DNA of 64,000 bases. Origin: Vulcanimicrobiota bacterium. GTDB lineage: Bacteria; Vulcanimicrobiota; Vulcanimicrobiia; Vulcanimicrobiales; Vulcanimicrobiaceae. Below the pieces are notes generated by a model. It was not told the origin of the DNA. It saw only the letters and a list, made by a program, of their open reading frames with translations, and searched no databases. The translations under genes and the position numbers were made by a program. The first letter of the stretch is position 1; each line of letters begins with the position of its first letter. Shown here piece by piece: positions 1-10,681 of this stretch. The stretch lies in assembly GCA_963833095.1 (NCBI GenBank), contig CAWHWQ010000003.1:199376-263375 (forward strand), written 5' to 3'.

Positions 1-69
1 ACCTGGAGGGTGAAGCATGTCGTTTTAGCGCACGATGCGCGGTGCCACCGAAGGTGGCAAAAACGATGC

Positions 70-156
70 GGAGAGGTGGTCGAGTGGTCGAAGGCACTCG
101 CTTGGAAAGCGAGCAGACGTGCAAACGTCTCGAGGGTTCGAATCCCTCCCTCTCCG
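70..156 (+). tRNA. tRNA-Ser(GGA)
   Basis: Acceptor stem GGAGAGG/CCTCTCC; anticodon arm CTCGC-TTGGAAA-GCGAG; long variable arm AGACGT-GCAA-ACGTCT; T-loop GTTCGAATC; CCA not encoded. Confidence 0.96.
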
Positions 157-158
157 AG

Positions 159-199
159 GGCTTTATCCGCCAAAGCTAAAGCTTTGTCGGGCTAAAGCC
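159..199. repeat. Long imperfect hairpin after the tRNA (REP-like or terminator)
   Basis: GGCTTTA...TAAAGCC outer stem enclosing CAAAGC-TAAA-GCTTTG. Confidence 0.55.
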
Positions 200-225
200 G
201 ACGTGGCTCGCTACGCTCGCTCACG

Positions 226-858
226 CTACTGAGCGAGGCCGGCGCGTTTTCTGGCGTTGCGCACGTACGCAATCGTCCAAAGAATCAACACGACGAGCGC
301 AACGGCATCCAGCGCGGGCGAAACGATCGCCGTGAGTCTGGGATCGAACGCGTACGCGAGTGCGACCCGCAGCGCCGCTGCTGCCAGTAACGCAAGTCCC
401 CACACCGTGGTGATGAGCCGCATCGCATTGCGATAGCCGGGCCGCTCGTCCCAAAGCCGGTCGAACGTCGATCCCGCCTCGGCGCCGGCGGCACTCTTTG
501 CGATCACGAACATCGCGGGGCGCGGTGCAAGCAACGAGAGCAGACACGCCACGCCGAAAATACCGGAACCCAAAGAGCCCGCGATTAGCGCGTAGCGTGG
601 GTCAGCGCTAACGAGCGACGTCGCCACGCCCGCGACGATGAACAGCAAGCCGACGATCGCGATGACGTCGACGATCCCTTGCGTCCAGGCGCGAATCGCG
701 GCGCCGAGCGGAAAAATCGCCGCTATCGCGAGCGCACCGATGAGCGGCACGTGCGCGCGAATGAGGATTTGCACCAGGATCGCCGGGAGAACGATCGAGA
801 TGACGATGCTGCGGATAAGCCCGCGAAAATCCGGTCGAAGCGCGCGCTCGACGCTCAC
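226..858 (-). CDS. VC0807-like integral membrane protein
   Basis: 210 aa with about 6 TM helices; motifs 'LSLLAPRPAMF', 'FDRLW', 'MRLITTVWG'. Confidence 0.7.
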   Translation of the reverse strand: MSVERALRPDFRGLIRSIVISIVLPAILVQILIRAHVPLIGALAIAAIFPLGAAIRAWTQGIVDVIAIVGLLFIVAGVATSLVSADPRYALIAGSLGSGIFGVACLLSLLAPRPAMFVIAKSAAGAEAGSTFDRLWDERPGYRNAMRLITTVWGLALLAAAALRVALAYAFDPRLTAIVSPALDAVALVVLILWTIAYVRNARKRAGLAQ

Positions 859-1163
859 GCGTTATGACGAGCGGCGAGTAGCCACTGCCCACGGACCATT
901 TGCCAGTGATCCACCGTCACTTCGTTGTGCCCGTGAACGCCGACGTATTCCGCACGGACGTACACTCCGTCGGGCCGCGCATCGATCCGCTGCACGATCA
1001 CGGTGAGCGGATCGTACTCAAACGTCGAGAGCTTCATCTTTGCGGCGTCGTTGAAGTGCGGCGCGAGCAAGCTGCGTTCTTGGGTCGGATCGTGGGTCAC
1101 GGCATTGCCGAGTTGGCCGTAGCGCTGGGAAATAGCCGACTGGACATCCATAGAGACAGGCAT
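855..1163 (-). CDS. Hypothetical protein (possibly NTF2-like fold)
   Basis: ATG at 1163 with GGAGG RBS; stop overlaps the next start; C-terminal 'DHWQMVRGQWLL' strand pattern. Confidence 0.55.
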   Translation of the reverse strand: MPVSMDVQSAISQRYGQLGNAVTHDPTQERSLLAPHFNDAAKMKLSTFEYDPLTVIVQRIDARPDGVYVRAEYVGVHGHNEVTVDHWQMVRGQWLLAARHNA

Positions 1164-1191
1164 CTGACCGCGACCTCCGTACGATTCGAGT

Positions 1192-2031
1192 ATGGCACGG
1201 ATACTGTTGCAAACCACGATTCCCTATGCGCAGGACGATTGGCACGTCGGACGCTTCGCGCTGCTGCAGGACGAGCTGGTCGCGGCCGGACACGACGTGA
1301 CGGCTCGCGACCGCGAACCCGACGCTGCCGGAAACGATCCGGTCCTTTCCGGCCTCGGCACGAGCGACTTCGACCAGCTTTGGCTGATGGGCGTCGATAC
1401 CGGTGATGGGCTGTGCGGTGGGGATATCGACGGCATCAATGCCTTTCGCGCGCGCGGCGGCGGCGTACTAACGGCGCGCGACCACGCCGATCTTGGCGCA
1501 TGCATCCGCAATCTCGGGACGCTTGGATCCATCAACCACTTCCACAACTACAACCCCGAGGAAGAGCCCGAACGCCGCCAACAGGACGATCAAGACGATC
1601 CCGACATTCCGTGGCCGAACTACCACTCCGGCGCGAACGGAGATTATCAGCGCATCGAGCTGATCGAGCCGATCCACGAGATCTTCCGCTCGGGTCGCGC
1701 GCCGGGCGGCGTGATCGAATTTTTCCCCGCGCATCCGCACGAAGGCGCCGTCGGTGCATCGGCGCGCGATACGCATGCGCGCGTGGTCGCGCGCGGACGC
1801 AGCACGCAGAGCAAACGCGCGTTCAATATTGCCGTCGTGATCGAAGGTGAACCAGGACGCGCGGTGGCGGAGTCAACGTTCCACCACTTCTGCGACTTGA
1901 ACTGGGACACCGATCGCGGCGCGCCGTCGTTTGTAACCGACAAACCCGGCACCGAGATGAAACGCGATCCGCAGCGATTCGCGATCTTTAAAGATTACGT
2001 GCGCAACATCGCGCGCTGGCTTAGCCCCTAG
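1192..2031 (+). CDS. Conserved hypothetical protein, possibly class I GATase-like/ThuA-like fold
   Basis: 279 aa with typical codon usage; 'FDQLWL', 'GGGVLTARDH', 'NYHSG', 'HPHEG', 'STFHHF'. Confidence 0.65.
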   Translation: MARILLQTTIPYAQDDWHVGRFALLQDELVAAGHDVTARDREPDAAGNDPVLSGLGTSDFDQLWLMGVDTGDGLCGGDIDGINAFRARGGGVLTARDHADLGACIRNLGTLGSINHFHNYNPEEEPERRQQDDQDDPDIPWPNYHSGANGDYQRIELIEPIHEIFRSGRAPGGVIEFFPAHPHEGAVGASARDTHARVVARGRSTQSKRAFNIAVVIEGEPGRAVAESTFHHFCDLNWDTDRGAPSFVTDKPGTEMKRDPQRFAIFKDYVRNIARWLSP

Positions 2032-2774
2032 CCCCGTTCGGGAGCGAGCCCCTCGACGTGGGCGAGCCAGAAATCGAACGATGCCCTCGCCTGTTCTTCG
2101 AGCATGGCGTCGCCGGGAACGATCTCGCGTTCGAGTTGATGGTGCAGCGTCGCACGCCGGCCATAATTCACGTCCATCACGATGTCGGCGCGCATCAACG
2201 AATCGAGCATATCTGGTTCGAACCGCACCTTCGGCGGTAACGTGCTAATCACGATCTCCGGCGGATTGTCACTAGGCCACGTTTGCGCGTCGTAGCGTTC
2301 ACATGCCGCTTGCACTTTTAGCGCATCGCGACCCCAAACGAACATATAGGCGTCGTTTTCCGAGAAGTGCGCAAGAATCGCCCGCGCGGTGGCGCCGTAC
2401 CCGAGCACACCGATGCGCTTGAGCGCGATGGATTCTTCGAGCAATACTTCAAGCGCGGAACGCGCGCCGATGCCGTCGGTGTTGTGCCCCAGAATCTCCG
2501 AGCCGAAAAAGATCGTATTCACGGCCTGCGCGCTTTCGGCTTCGTGCGTGAGCGCATCGCATGCCGCGCGTGCTTCTTCTTTGAGCGGAAAGGTCACGTT
2601 TGCGCCGGTGTAACCGTCCATGCGCATGCGCCGAATCACCGAAATCGCGTTGATTTGCGGCACGCGAATCGCCACGTAGCTGCCGTCCTCGATCTCGGCT
2701 TCGTCCATAAAGCGCCGATGAATTTCGGGGCTGCGGCTGTGCGAGACGGGATCGCCGATGACTGCGAGCCTCAT
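2028..2774 (-). CDS. aroE: Shikimate dehydrogenase
   Basis: 'GDPVSHSRSP', 'GANVTFPLKE', 'AVNT', 'GHNTDG'; start at MRLAVIG overlaps the yqeG stop. Confidence 0.92.
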   Translation of the reverse strand: MRLAVIGDPVSHSRSPEIHRRFMDEAEIEDGSYVAIRVPQINAISVIRRMRMDGYTGANVTFPLKEEARAACDALTHEAESAQAVNTIFFGSEILGHNTDGIGARSALEVLLEESIALKRIGVLGYGATARAILAHFSENDAYMFVWGRDALKVQAACERYDAQTWPSDNPPEIVISTLPPKVRFEPDMLDSLMRADIVMDVNYGRRATLHHQLEREIVPGDAMLEEQARASFDFWLAHVEGLAPERG

Positions 2775-3256
2775 TCGCTTGGACGACCCGGGAGCATCAA
2801 GCGTTCGAGAAACCGGAAGAGCATGGTGACCGGAAAGTCTTTGGCTTCGATCGGTTCGGTGAGGATCGTGTAGAGACCGCATAGTTTGCCTGAGAGCACG
2901 TCGGTGAAGAGCTGATCGCCCACCACGGCGATCTGCCGGCGGGGGATTCCCAGCATTCGCACCGCGCGCATCACGCCGAAGGGCAACGGCTTGAGCGCAT
3001 TGGGCACGCACTGAATATTGAGCTGACGCGCGATGCCGGTGACGCGTTCGGTGAAGTTGTTGGAAACCATAACCATCCGAAAGCCGTGGTCGTGGGCGCG
3101 TTTGACCCAATCCAGGTGATCGGCCTCGAGCTCGGTCTGCCGGAACCCCATCAGGGTGTTGTCGAGATCGACGATCAGCCCGCGGAAGCCCTGAGCGTGC
3201 AGGTCCTCCAAGGCGAGGGTGGCGAGGCGCGAGACAAAACGATCAGGACCGAACAT
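2771..3256 (-). CDS. yqeG: YqeG-family HAD IIIA phosphatase
   Basis: 'DLDNTL', 'VSNN', 'KP', 'VGDQLFTD' motifs. Confidence 0.92.
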   Translation of the reverse strand: MFGPDRFVSRLATLALEDLHAQGFRGLIVDLDNTLMGFRQTELEADHLDWVKRAHDHGFRMVMVSNNFTERVTGIARQLNIQCVPNALKPLPFGVMRAVRMLGIPRRQIAVVGDQLFTDVLSGKLCGLYTILTEPIEAKDFPVTMLFRFLERLMLPGRPSE

Positions 3257-3398
3257 TATGGCTGCCGTTCCGACGGCTTATCCCCGGTATCCTCGGAAGG
3301 CTCCACAGGGTCTCCTCCCCTTTGAAGGCTCATCCCCGGGCCATCCTCCGATTTTTGTCGCCTTCCACAACGAAATCACAAGGAGTTAAGGCCGGCGA

Positions 3399-3414
3399 CC
3401 CCAATATCTTGTGG
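3399..3414 (+). promoter_or_regulatory. NrdR box upstream of nrdJ
   Basis: ccCCAATATCTTGTGg matches the NrdR consensus acaCwAtATaTwGtg; weaker copy CAATAGGTGT 32 bp downstream. Confidence 0.7.
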
Positions 3415-3542
3415 CAATGAGATCGATGTGGCACAATAGGTGTCCCATTGGTCTATCGGTGTCGGCTTTAGCGAACGGGTGTTCGCATCTACTCTCTCGA
3501 AGATCACTGGTCCAGCCCAACACGCCCAAGGAGCAGCTCCCC

Positions 3543-6500
3543 ATGAAGTTCCGTCGCCTCTATTCGGCCCACAACGATCCGTATGCGGGCCTCGAGTTCG
3601 AGCCGCGCACGTCGCGGATCGTCAACCCGGACGGTTCGGTCATTTTTGAAGCCAAGGATGTGATGGTGCCGACCGGTTGGAGCCAGGTCGCCGTCGACGT
3701 GCTTGCTCAGAAGTATTGCCGTAAAGCCGGCGTCCCAACCGCGACCGTGCGGATTGCGGAAGAGGGCGTTCCGCAGTGGCTGTGGCGCTCCGAGGCGGCG
3801 TCTGACGCGACGTTCGGTGCCGAGCGCGACTCTCGCCAGGTCTTCAATCGTTTGGCGGGCTGCTGGGCATACTGGGGCTGGAAAACCGGCTACTTCGATA
3901 GCGAAGACGACGCACGCATCTACTTTGACGAGATGTCGGCGATGCTCGCGCGCCAAGTCGGCGCGCCGAATTCACCGCAATGGTTTAACACCGGTTTGCA
4001 TTGGGCGTACGGCATTTCGGGGCCGGCGCAAGGCCACTATTTTGTCGACCCCAAAAGCGGCGAAGCCGTGCGCTCGACGTCGGCCTTCGAGCAGGCCACA
4101 GGTTAGCGCGTGCTTTATCCTTTCCATTGACGACGATCTGGTCAATCAAGGCGGCATTTTCGACGGTTTGCTCCGCGAAGCACGCATCTTTAAAGGCGGC
4201 TCGGGTTCAGGCGCAAATTTCTCGCGCCTTCGCGCCGAGGGTGAAAAACTAACGGGTGGCGGCACATCGAGCGGCTTGATGTCGTTCCTCAAAGTCTTCG
4301 ATCGCGCTGCGGGTGCGATTAAATCCGGCGGCACCACGCGTCGTGCGGCCAAGATGGTGGTACTCAACGCCGACCATCCCGACATCGAGAAATTCGTCAA
4401 CTGGAAAGTTACCGAGGAGCGTAAGGTCGCCGACTTGGTGATCGGTTCACGAATTCTCAAAGAACAACTAAACGCAATTATGGCGGCGGCGCACGATACG
4501 CGCATCCCGGAGTCATCGCGCTTGGACGTGGCGTTTAATTCGTATTTGCGCGATGCGCTACGCAAAGCGCTCATGATGGGCGTGCCCAGCGGCGCGACGC
4601 AACAAGCGCTGGATTACGCGCGCCAGGGCTTCAAGAGTCTGGAGATTGACCAGTACGACACCGCGTGGGATTCTGAAGCGTACAATACCGTCTCGGGTCA
4701 GAACTCCAACAATTCGGTGCGTCTAACCAACGCCTTCTTCAACGCGCTCGACAAGAACGACGATTGGGCCTTGACCTCACGCACCAACGGCAACACGGTC
4801 AAGACGATCAAAGCCGCGGATCTGTGGGAACAGATCGGTCTTGCCGCCTGGCAGTGCGCCGATCCCGGCCTGCAATTCGATGACACGATTCAAGAATGGC
4901 ATACCTGTTCCAACGACGAGCGCATTAATGCGACGAATCCGTGTGTTACCGGCGACACGCTGGTTGCTACGGCGGACGGCCCAAAGAGAATCGCTGATAT
5001 GGTCGGCAAAGCCGCATTCATCATCGGCTCCGACGGCAAACCGCATTTCGTCAACAAGGTCTTCCCAACCGGTCGTAAGGCCGTCTATCGCCTTGTTACC
5101 AAAGCCGGTTACACGGTCGACCTGACCGCCGATCACAAGGTTCTCACGGAGAATCGCGGTGATGTTCCAGCCTGCGAACTGCGCAAGGGCGATCGTATTC
5201 TGCTGTCCGGTTCAGGCTTCGGAATCGAGACCCTCGACGAGCAAATTGCGCTCGGGATTGGTGCAGCAGTACGCGACAGTGTGCACGACGACGCCCCGCC
5301 GGTTATTCGAGGCATCGCCGGGGGCATCAGCGAGACCAATCCGGCTATCGTGGATGATGGCCCGAGCCGTCGCGCTACCGCCGCGACCGCGCCCAAGTCC
5401 GCCGTCGAACTCATCTCGCACTATGCCGTCCTTGATGAAGGTCGTGCGAGGACGCGGTTCACTGAGGCAATTTATCGCCTCGACAAGGCCTCGACCGCTG
5501 CGGTGCTGCGTGGACTCTTTAGCGCAGATGGGACGCTCGACGCGGGCTTGCTCGAGCTCGCGCAGCAGGTTCAACACATGCTGCTCTCGTTCGGAATCAA
5601 AGCGGAGCTCTCCACCGATCGCCTGCATCCGCTTCGCGTCGCGCCTTCATCGCTGCAACGTCTCAATGTATCAGTGAGCTGCAGCGACGCTCTCTCGGAT
5701 GAATTTGCCTCGCTCGACCCAATCGGCGAAGCGGACGTCTTCGATCTGACCGAACACGACACATCACACTTCGTTGCAAACGGTTTGCAAGTGCACAACT
5801 GCTCGGAATACGTTTTCATTGATGACACTGCCTGTAACTTGGCATCCTTGAATCTCGTGAAGTTCGAAGACGATCGTGGCGGATTCGACGCACATCGTTT
5901 CGCTGAGGCGGCGCGCGTGTGGACGACGACGCTGGAGATCTCGGTGACGATGGGCCAAATGCCGTCGAAGACGATCGCCGAGAAGAATCATAAATACCGC
6001 ACGCTTGGACTTGGCTATGCGAACCTCGGCACGCTGCTCATGCGTATGGGTTTACCCTACGATTCCGACGAAGGCTACGGCTGGTGCGCGGCGATCAACG
6101 CCTTGATGACCGGTGCGGCGTATCGCACGTCGGCCGAGATGGCGCAGCAGCTTGGCGCCTTTGAGCGCTTCGAAGCCAATCGCGAACCGATGCTGCGCGT
6201 GATTCGCAATCATCGTCGCGCCGCGTACGATGCACCGAAAACGGAGTATGAAGACCTCAGCGTGACGCCGGTCACGTATGTGCCGTCGCTCTTCACCCAA
6301 GAGACCTGGGCCCTCGCCCGTAAGATGTGGGACGATGCGCTCGCAATCGGTGAGGTGTCGGGCTTCCGCAACGCGCAGACCGTCGTGATCGCGCCGACTG
6401 GCTGCCTCACGGGTAACTCAATGGTGGTTACCGATCGCGGCTTGATGCGTCTGAATCGCCTCGGTAATGTTGAGGGCGAAAAGTGGCAAGACGTCAGCTT

Positions 6501-9500
6501 CCGTGTATTGACAGACGATGGCGAGCAGAATGCGACTAAGTTCTTCATAAACGGGATTGAGCAGACTCGGCGTATCGTCACCAAGAGCGGTTATGTGATT
6601 CAAGGCACGCCCACGCACCGCATCAAGGTGGTGGATCCCACGACCGGCGATTTGCAGTGGAAACGTATGGCTGATGTCACTTTAGACGACATCGTGGCGC
6701 TCTCGATGGGCAAGTTCATCGGAGAACCAAAGACTGTATCGCTGCCTGATCTTAGCGAAGAATATTGGACTGGAGACTATACGACGCGTGCTCCCCGCAC
6801 GATGACCGAAGATCTGGCTGAGTTCATCGGCTATTTCATGGGAGATGGCTCGTTCCATAGCAAGGGGCTGCGCTTCTGCGTCGCTCAGCAAGACGCCGAT
6901 GTAGCCGAGCGTCTCTGTTCCCTTGCAAAGTCGCTATTCAACCTCGAGGCGACTTTGACAAACAAGACCGGATACACAGAGGTTTCCGTCAACTCGGTTC
7001 CTCTAACGCTTTGGTGGGAAGCATGCGGACTTAAGAAATTTCCTCCGCACGAAGGCCACAGTGGAAAGGGGTACGTTCCGCGTATTCCTGACGCGGTTCT
7101 CGCGACGAATGACCCCGCAGTATATGGCGGCTTCGTGCGTGGCCTCTATGAGGCAGACGGTACGGTCACAAATGGAGCCCCGTGCTGGACAACCGCATCT
7201 CGCGAATTCGCTGATGAGGTGAAGACGCTGCTACTTCTTCTTGGCGTCCCTACTACGACGAAGATCGATATCTCGGGCTGGGGTCAATCGGAGATCTATT
7301 GCACGCGGGTACTGAATCTTTCGTATACCAAGGCGTTCACGAATACCGCAGGATTCATTGGAGCGCGTAAGCGGAACGCCGTAGCCTTCAATGACACGTG
7401 GCAGGGTCGCAAGCACGACAATGTCTATATCGGCGAGACTGCATTCCGCGAACTCGTCGTATCGGGAAACGTGTCGAAAGGCGTTCTCTACAATTCGCAC
7501 AAGCGGAACCCTGGTGGCATTTCTCGCAATCTCGTTTCACAAATCGTTGAACAAACCGGAAATGAAGAGTTGGCCTGTACCCTGGACTTCTTCTACGATC
7601 ACGTATCGGCGAACGACGATGGCGGCGAACAACTCACATATGATCTTTCCGTGCCCGCAAATGTCACGTACATTGCTAACGGCTTCATCTCGCACAATAC
7701 GATCGGCCTCGTGATGGACTGCGACACGACCGGAATCGAGCCCGACTTCGCGCTCGTGAAGTTCAAGAAACTTGCCGGCGGCGGCTACTTCAAAATCGTC
7801 AATCAATCGGTCGATGCTGCCCTGCACCGCCTCGGCTACAGCGACGAGCAGATCGCCGCGATCGAAACCTACGCCAAAGGCACCGGCACGCTGTTCGAAG
7901 CGCCGCACATCAACCGCGCCACGCTCAAAGCCAAGGGCTTCGACGACGATGCAGTCGCGCGCGTCGAGGCATCGCTGGTCGGTGCGTTCGAATTGCCGTT
8001 CGTCTTCAACAAATTCGTGCTGGGCGAAGAGTTCTGCAAAGACAAGCTCGGTCTCACCGACGAGCAGCTCAACGATTGGAGCTTCTCGCTCCTACGCGAC
8101 GGGCTCGGGTTCAGCACGCAGCAGATCGAAGAAGCCTCGGCGCACATCTGCGGACGCATGACGCTCGAGGGCGCACCGTATCTCAAAGATGAGCATCTGC
8201 CGGTCTTCGACTGCGCGACACCGTGCGGCAAGTACGGCACGCGCTACATTCGCCCGACCGCGCACATCGAGATGATGGCGGCCGCACAGCCGTTCGTCTC
8301 GGGTGCGATCTCCAAATGCGTCGTCGGCGAAACGCTACTGACGACCGAGAGTGGCTTGGTTCGCATTGAATCGCTGCATCAAGGCGAACGCGACGACTCA
8401 TTCCGCTCGCACGAAATGCGCATTGCCTCGCTCAACGGTTCGCAAAACACCGATGCATTCTATTACGGCGGCAAGCGGCAAGTTCGGGAAGTTCGCCTCC
8501 GCTCCGGTCATCGCGTCACCGGAACGCCGAACCACCGCGTGCTGACATGCGGCGACCAGGGGCTAGCATGGCGATACCTTTCGGATATTCAGCCGGGCGA
8601 GCATGTCGCAACGCAATACGGTGACGACATGTGGTCGAAGGAAGCTGCTCGTTTCGATGACTTCGTGGCGTCGCCGGCGTACGGATACCAGAAAAGCATA
8701 GCGCTTCCCGAGCAGATGACGTCCGATCTCGCCTTCTTCCTAGGCGCGTATGCTTCCGAAGGCCACACCTCGCGTTCGAATTACACGATCACGATCACAA
8801 ACTCGGTTGAGACGGTGCTTCTGCGCGTTCAGGATGCGGCGCGGTCCGCGTTCGGAATCGAAGGCAAGATTCATCATCCAGTCGACAAGTGCTCAAACAT
8901 CGTCTTTACGTCAAAAACGCTTGTCGAGTTCCTCGAATACCTCGGATCCGGATCACGCGCGAGCGAGAAGCGTATTCCCGACGCGGTGCTTCGCTCACAG
9001 CGTGAGCACGTACTCGCATTCCTGACCGGACTCTTCCTCGATGCTTACGTGACTACCGAGGGAATGAGCAAGTGGGCGATCTGTCTTGACTCGGCCGGCT
9101 TACTGGACGACCTCCAAGCCGTCCTGACGAACCTTGGCGTTGTCCATAGCCGTATCGAGAAGCTCAATCGCGAGTACGGAAAGACCTATGGTGAGGTCTA
9201 TGCGACGGGCCGTCAGGCTCAGAAGCTCCTCGCAATGGTTCAGTTCCCGGAGCCGGCTAAGCTCGCACGCGCGTGGACCGTCCTAACCCACAGTTTCGCG
9301 CAAAGTTCCGCAGATGTCGTCCCGGGCGTCGACAGTCGGGCGCTCTACGAGATGCTTCCACGCGGCAAATCGGGTCGGAGTGGAGCGGGCACAGGTGGTG
9401 TTCGAAGCCGTTACACGCACCTGCTCGATTCGCGTACGAAAAATGTCTCGTGGGAAACGCTACAACGACTTTCCGAAGAGATCGAACTTCCCGAGTGGCT

Positions 9501-10615
9501 CGACGAGATCGTTAACCGCAATCTTCACTTCAGCCCCGTCGAACACGTAGCGGACGCCGGCGAACGCCTCGTCTACGACATCTCTGTTCCGGTAACGCAC
9601 GCCTTCGTCGGCAACGGTATCGTGAACCATAACACGATCAACCTGCCGCAAACCGCGACGATTGCCGAAGTGAAGGACGCGTACCGTTATAGCTGGGAGC
9701 GCATGATCAAGGCGGTCGCGCTCTATCGCGACGGATCGAAACTCTCCCAACCGCTGGCGGCGAGCTTCGATCTGGGCGGCGATGCCTCGATCGGCGAAGA
9801 GGTCGCACCTCAGCAGCCGTTCCAACAGCCGCTGCAAGTGGCTGAGAAGATCGTGTACCGCTACATTGCCAAGCGCCGCAGCATGCCGGCGCGTCGCAGC
9901 GGCTACACGCAGAAGGCGGTCATCGGCGGCCACAAAGTCTACCTGCGCACCGGCGAGTACGTCAACGGGCAGCTCGGCGAGATCTTCATCGACATGCATA
10001 AGGAAGGCGCCGCGTTCCGATCGTTGATGAATAACTTCGCAATCGCGGTGTCCTTAGGTCTGCAGCACGGCGTCCCGCTTGAAGAGTACGTGGAGGCGTT
10101 TACCTTCACGCGCTTCGAGCCCAACGGTCCGGTGGTCGGCCATCAGAACATCAAGATGGCGACGTCGCTGCTCGACTACATCTTCCGCGAGCTGGCGGTG
10201 AGCTATCTCGGCCGCTACGATCTCGCGCACGTGCAACCCTCGATGGAGATGGACGCGATGGACGTCGGCGGATCCGGCGAGGAGTACATCGCCGAGGAGG
10301 CAGGTGAGACGCGCGTGCGTCCCGCCGGCGTGGCCGAGCAATTCCATCCGGTCTCGACGCATCTGCGTCCGGGCAAGGACGAAGGCGGCGAGAGGCGGAG
10401 GCGGCATGCACGCACCGGCAATGCACGACACGCCCAAACCGCTGCCGCACGCTGCAACGTCCACGGCGGTGATGTCGAAAGTCGAAGCAGTCAACGCGTC
10501 AAAGGCGAAAGGCTACACCGGCAACGCCTGCGGCGAATGCGGTCAACTCACGATGGTGCGCAACGGCGCCTGCGAGAAGTGCGACAACTGCGGCGCAACA
10601 TCGGGATGTAGCTGA
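3543..10615 (+). CDS. nrdJ: Class II adenosylcobalamin-dependent ribonucleotide reductase with three inteins, C-terminal TSCPD-like and Zn-ribbon domains; two +1 frameshifts (about 4092 and about 10390)
   Basis: '[11 protein letters not shown]', 'ACFI', '[11 protein letters not shown]', NP|CSE, APTG|TI, ISK|TIN, 'ALYRDGSK', 'YLRTGEY', terminal CxxC..CxxC. About 1199 aa after joining frames and removing inteins. Confidence 0.95.
4942..5799 (+). mobile_element. Intein 1 (286 aa), degenerate homing endonuclease, inserted at the catalytic NP|CxE site
   Basis: Starts CVTGDTLV, has block B 'TADHK', ends [10 protein letters not shown], +1 residue is Cys; only 'LRGLFSADG' remains of LAGLIDADG. Confidence 0.93.
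6403..7698 (+). mobile_element. Intein 2 (432 aa) with LAGLIDADG endonuclease
   Basis: Starts CLTGNSMV; 'TPTHR'; 'FIGYFMGDG'; '[10 protein letters not shown]'; ends [10 protein letters not shown]; +1 residue is Thr. Confidence 0.95.
8317..9633 (+). mobile_element. Intein 3 (439 aa) with LAGLIDADG-type endonuclease domain
   Basis: Starts CVVGETLL; 'TPNHR'; 'FLGAYASEG'; 'FLTGLFLDA'; ends [10 protein letters not shown]; +1 residue is Thr. Confidence 0.95.
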
Positions 10616-10657
10616 AACTATCGATTATTTAGGCCGAACGAACCACAGGAACAGTCC

Positions 10658-10681
10658 AGAGCGACGCTAAAGCGTCGCTCT
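10658..10681. terminator. Perfect hairpin downstream of nrdJ
   Basis: AGAGCGACGC-TAAA-GCGTCGCTCT; no clear U-tract. Confidence 0.5.

Noticed and set aside
2775..3110. Long N-terminal extension of AroE in the ORF track
   Set aside because: Overlaps yqeG in another frame; AroE motifs begin at the ATG at 2774
3257..3542. Cobalamin riboswitch ahead of the B12-dependent nrdJ
   Set aside because: No B12-box or conserved GGGAA/GCCACTG core recognisable by eye
3703..4090. N-terminal about 130 aa of the 2302-aa ORF as real protein
   Set aside because: The true NrdJ N-terminus is in the 3543 frame; this stretch is off-frame read-through upstream of the frameshift
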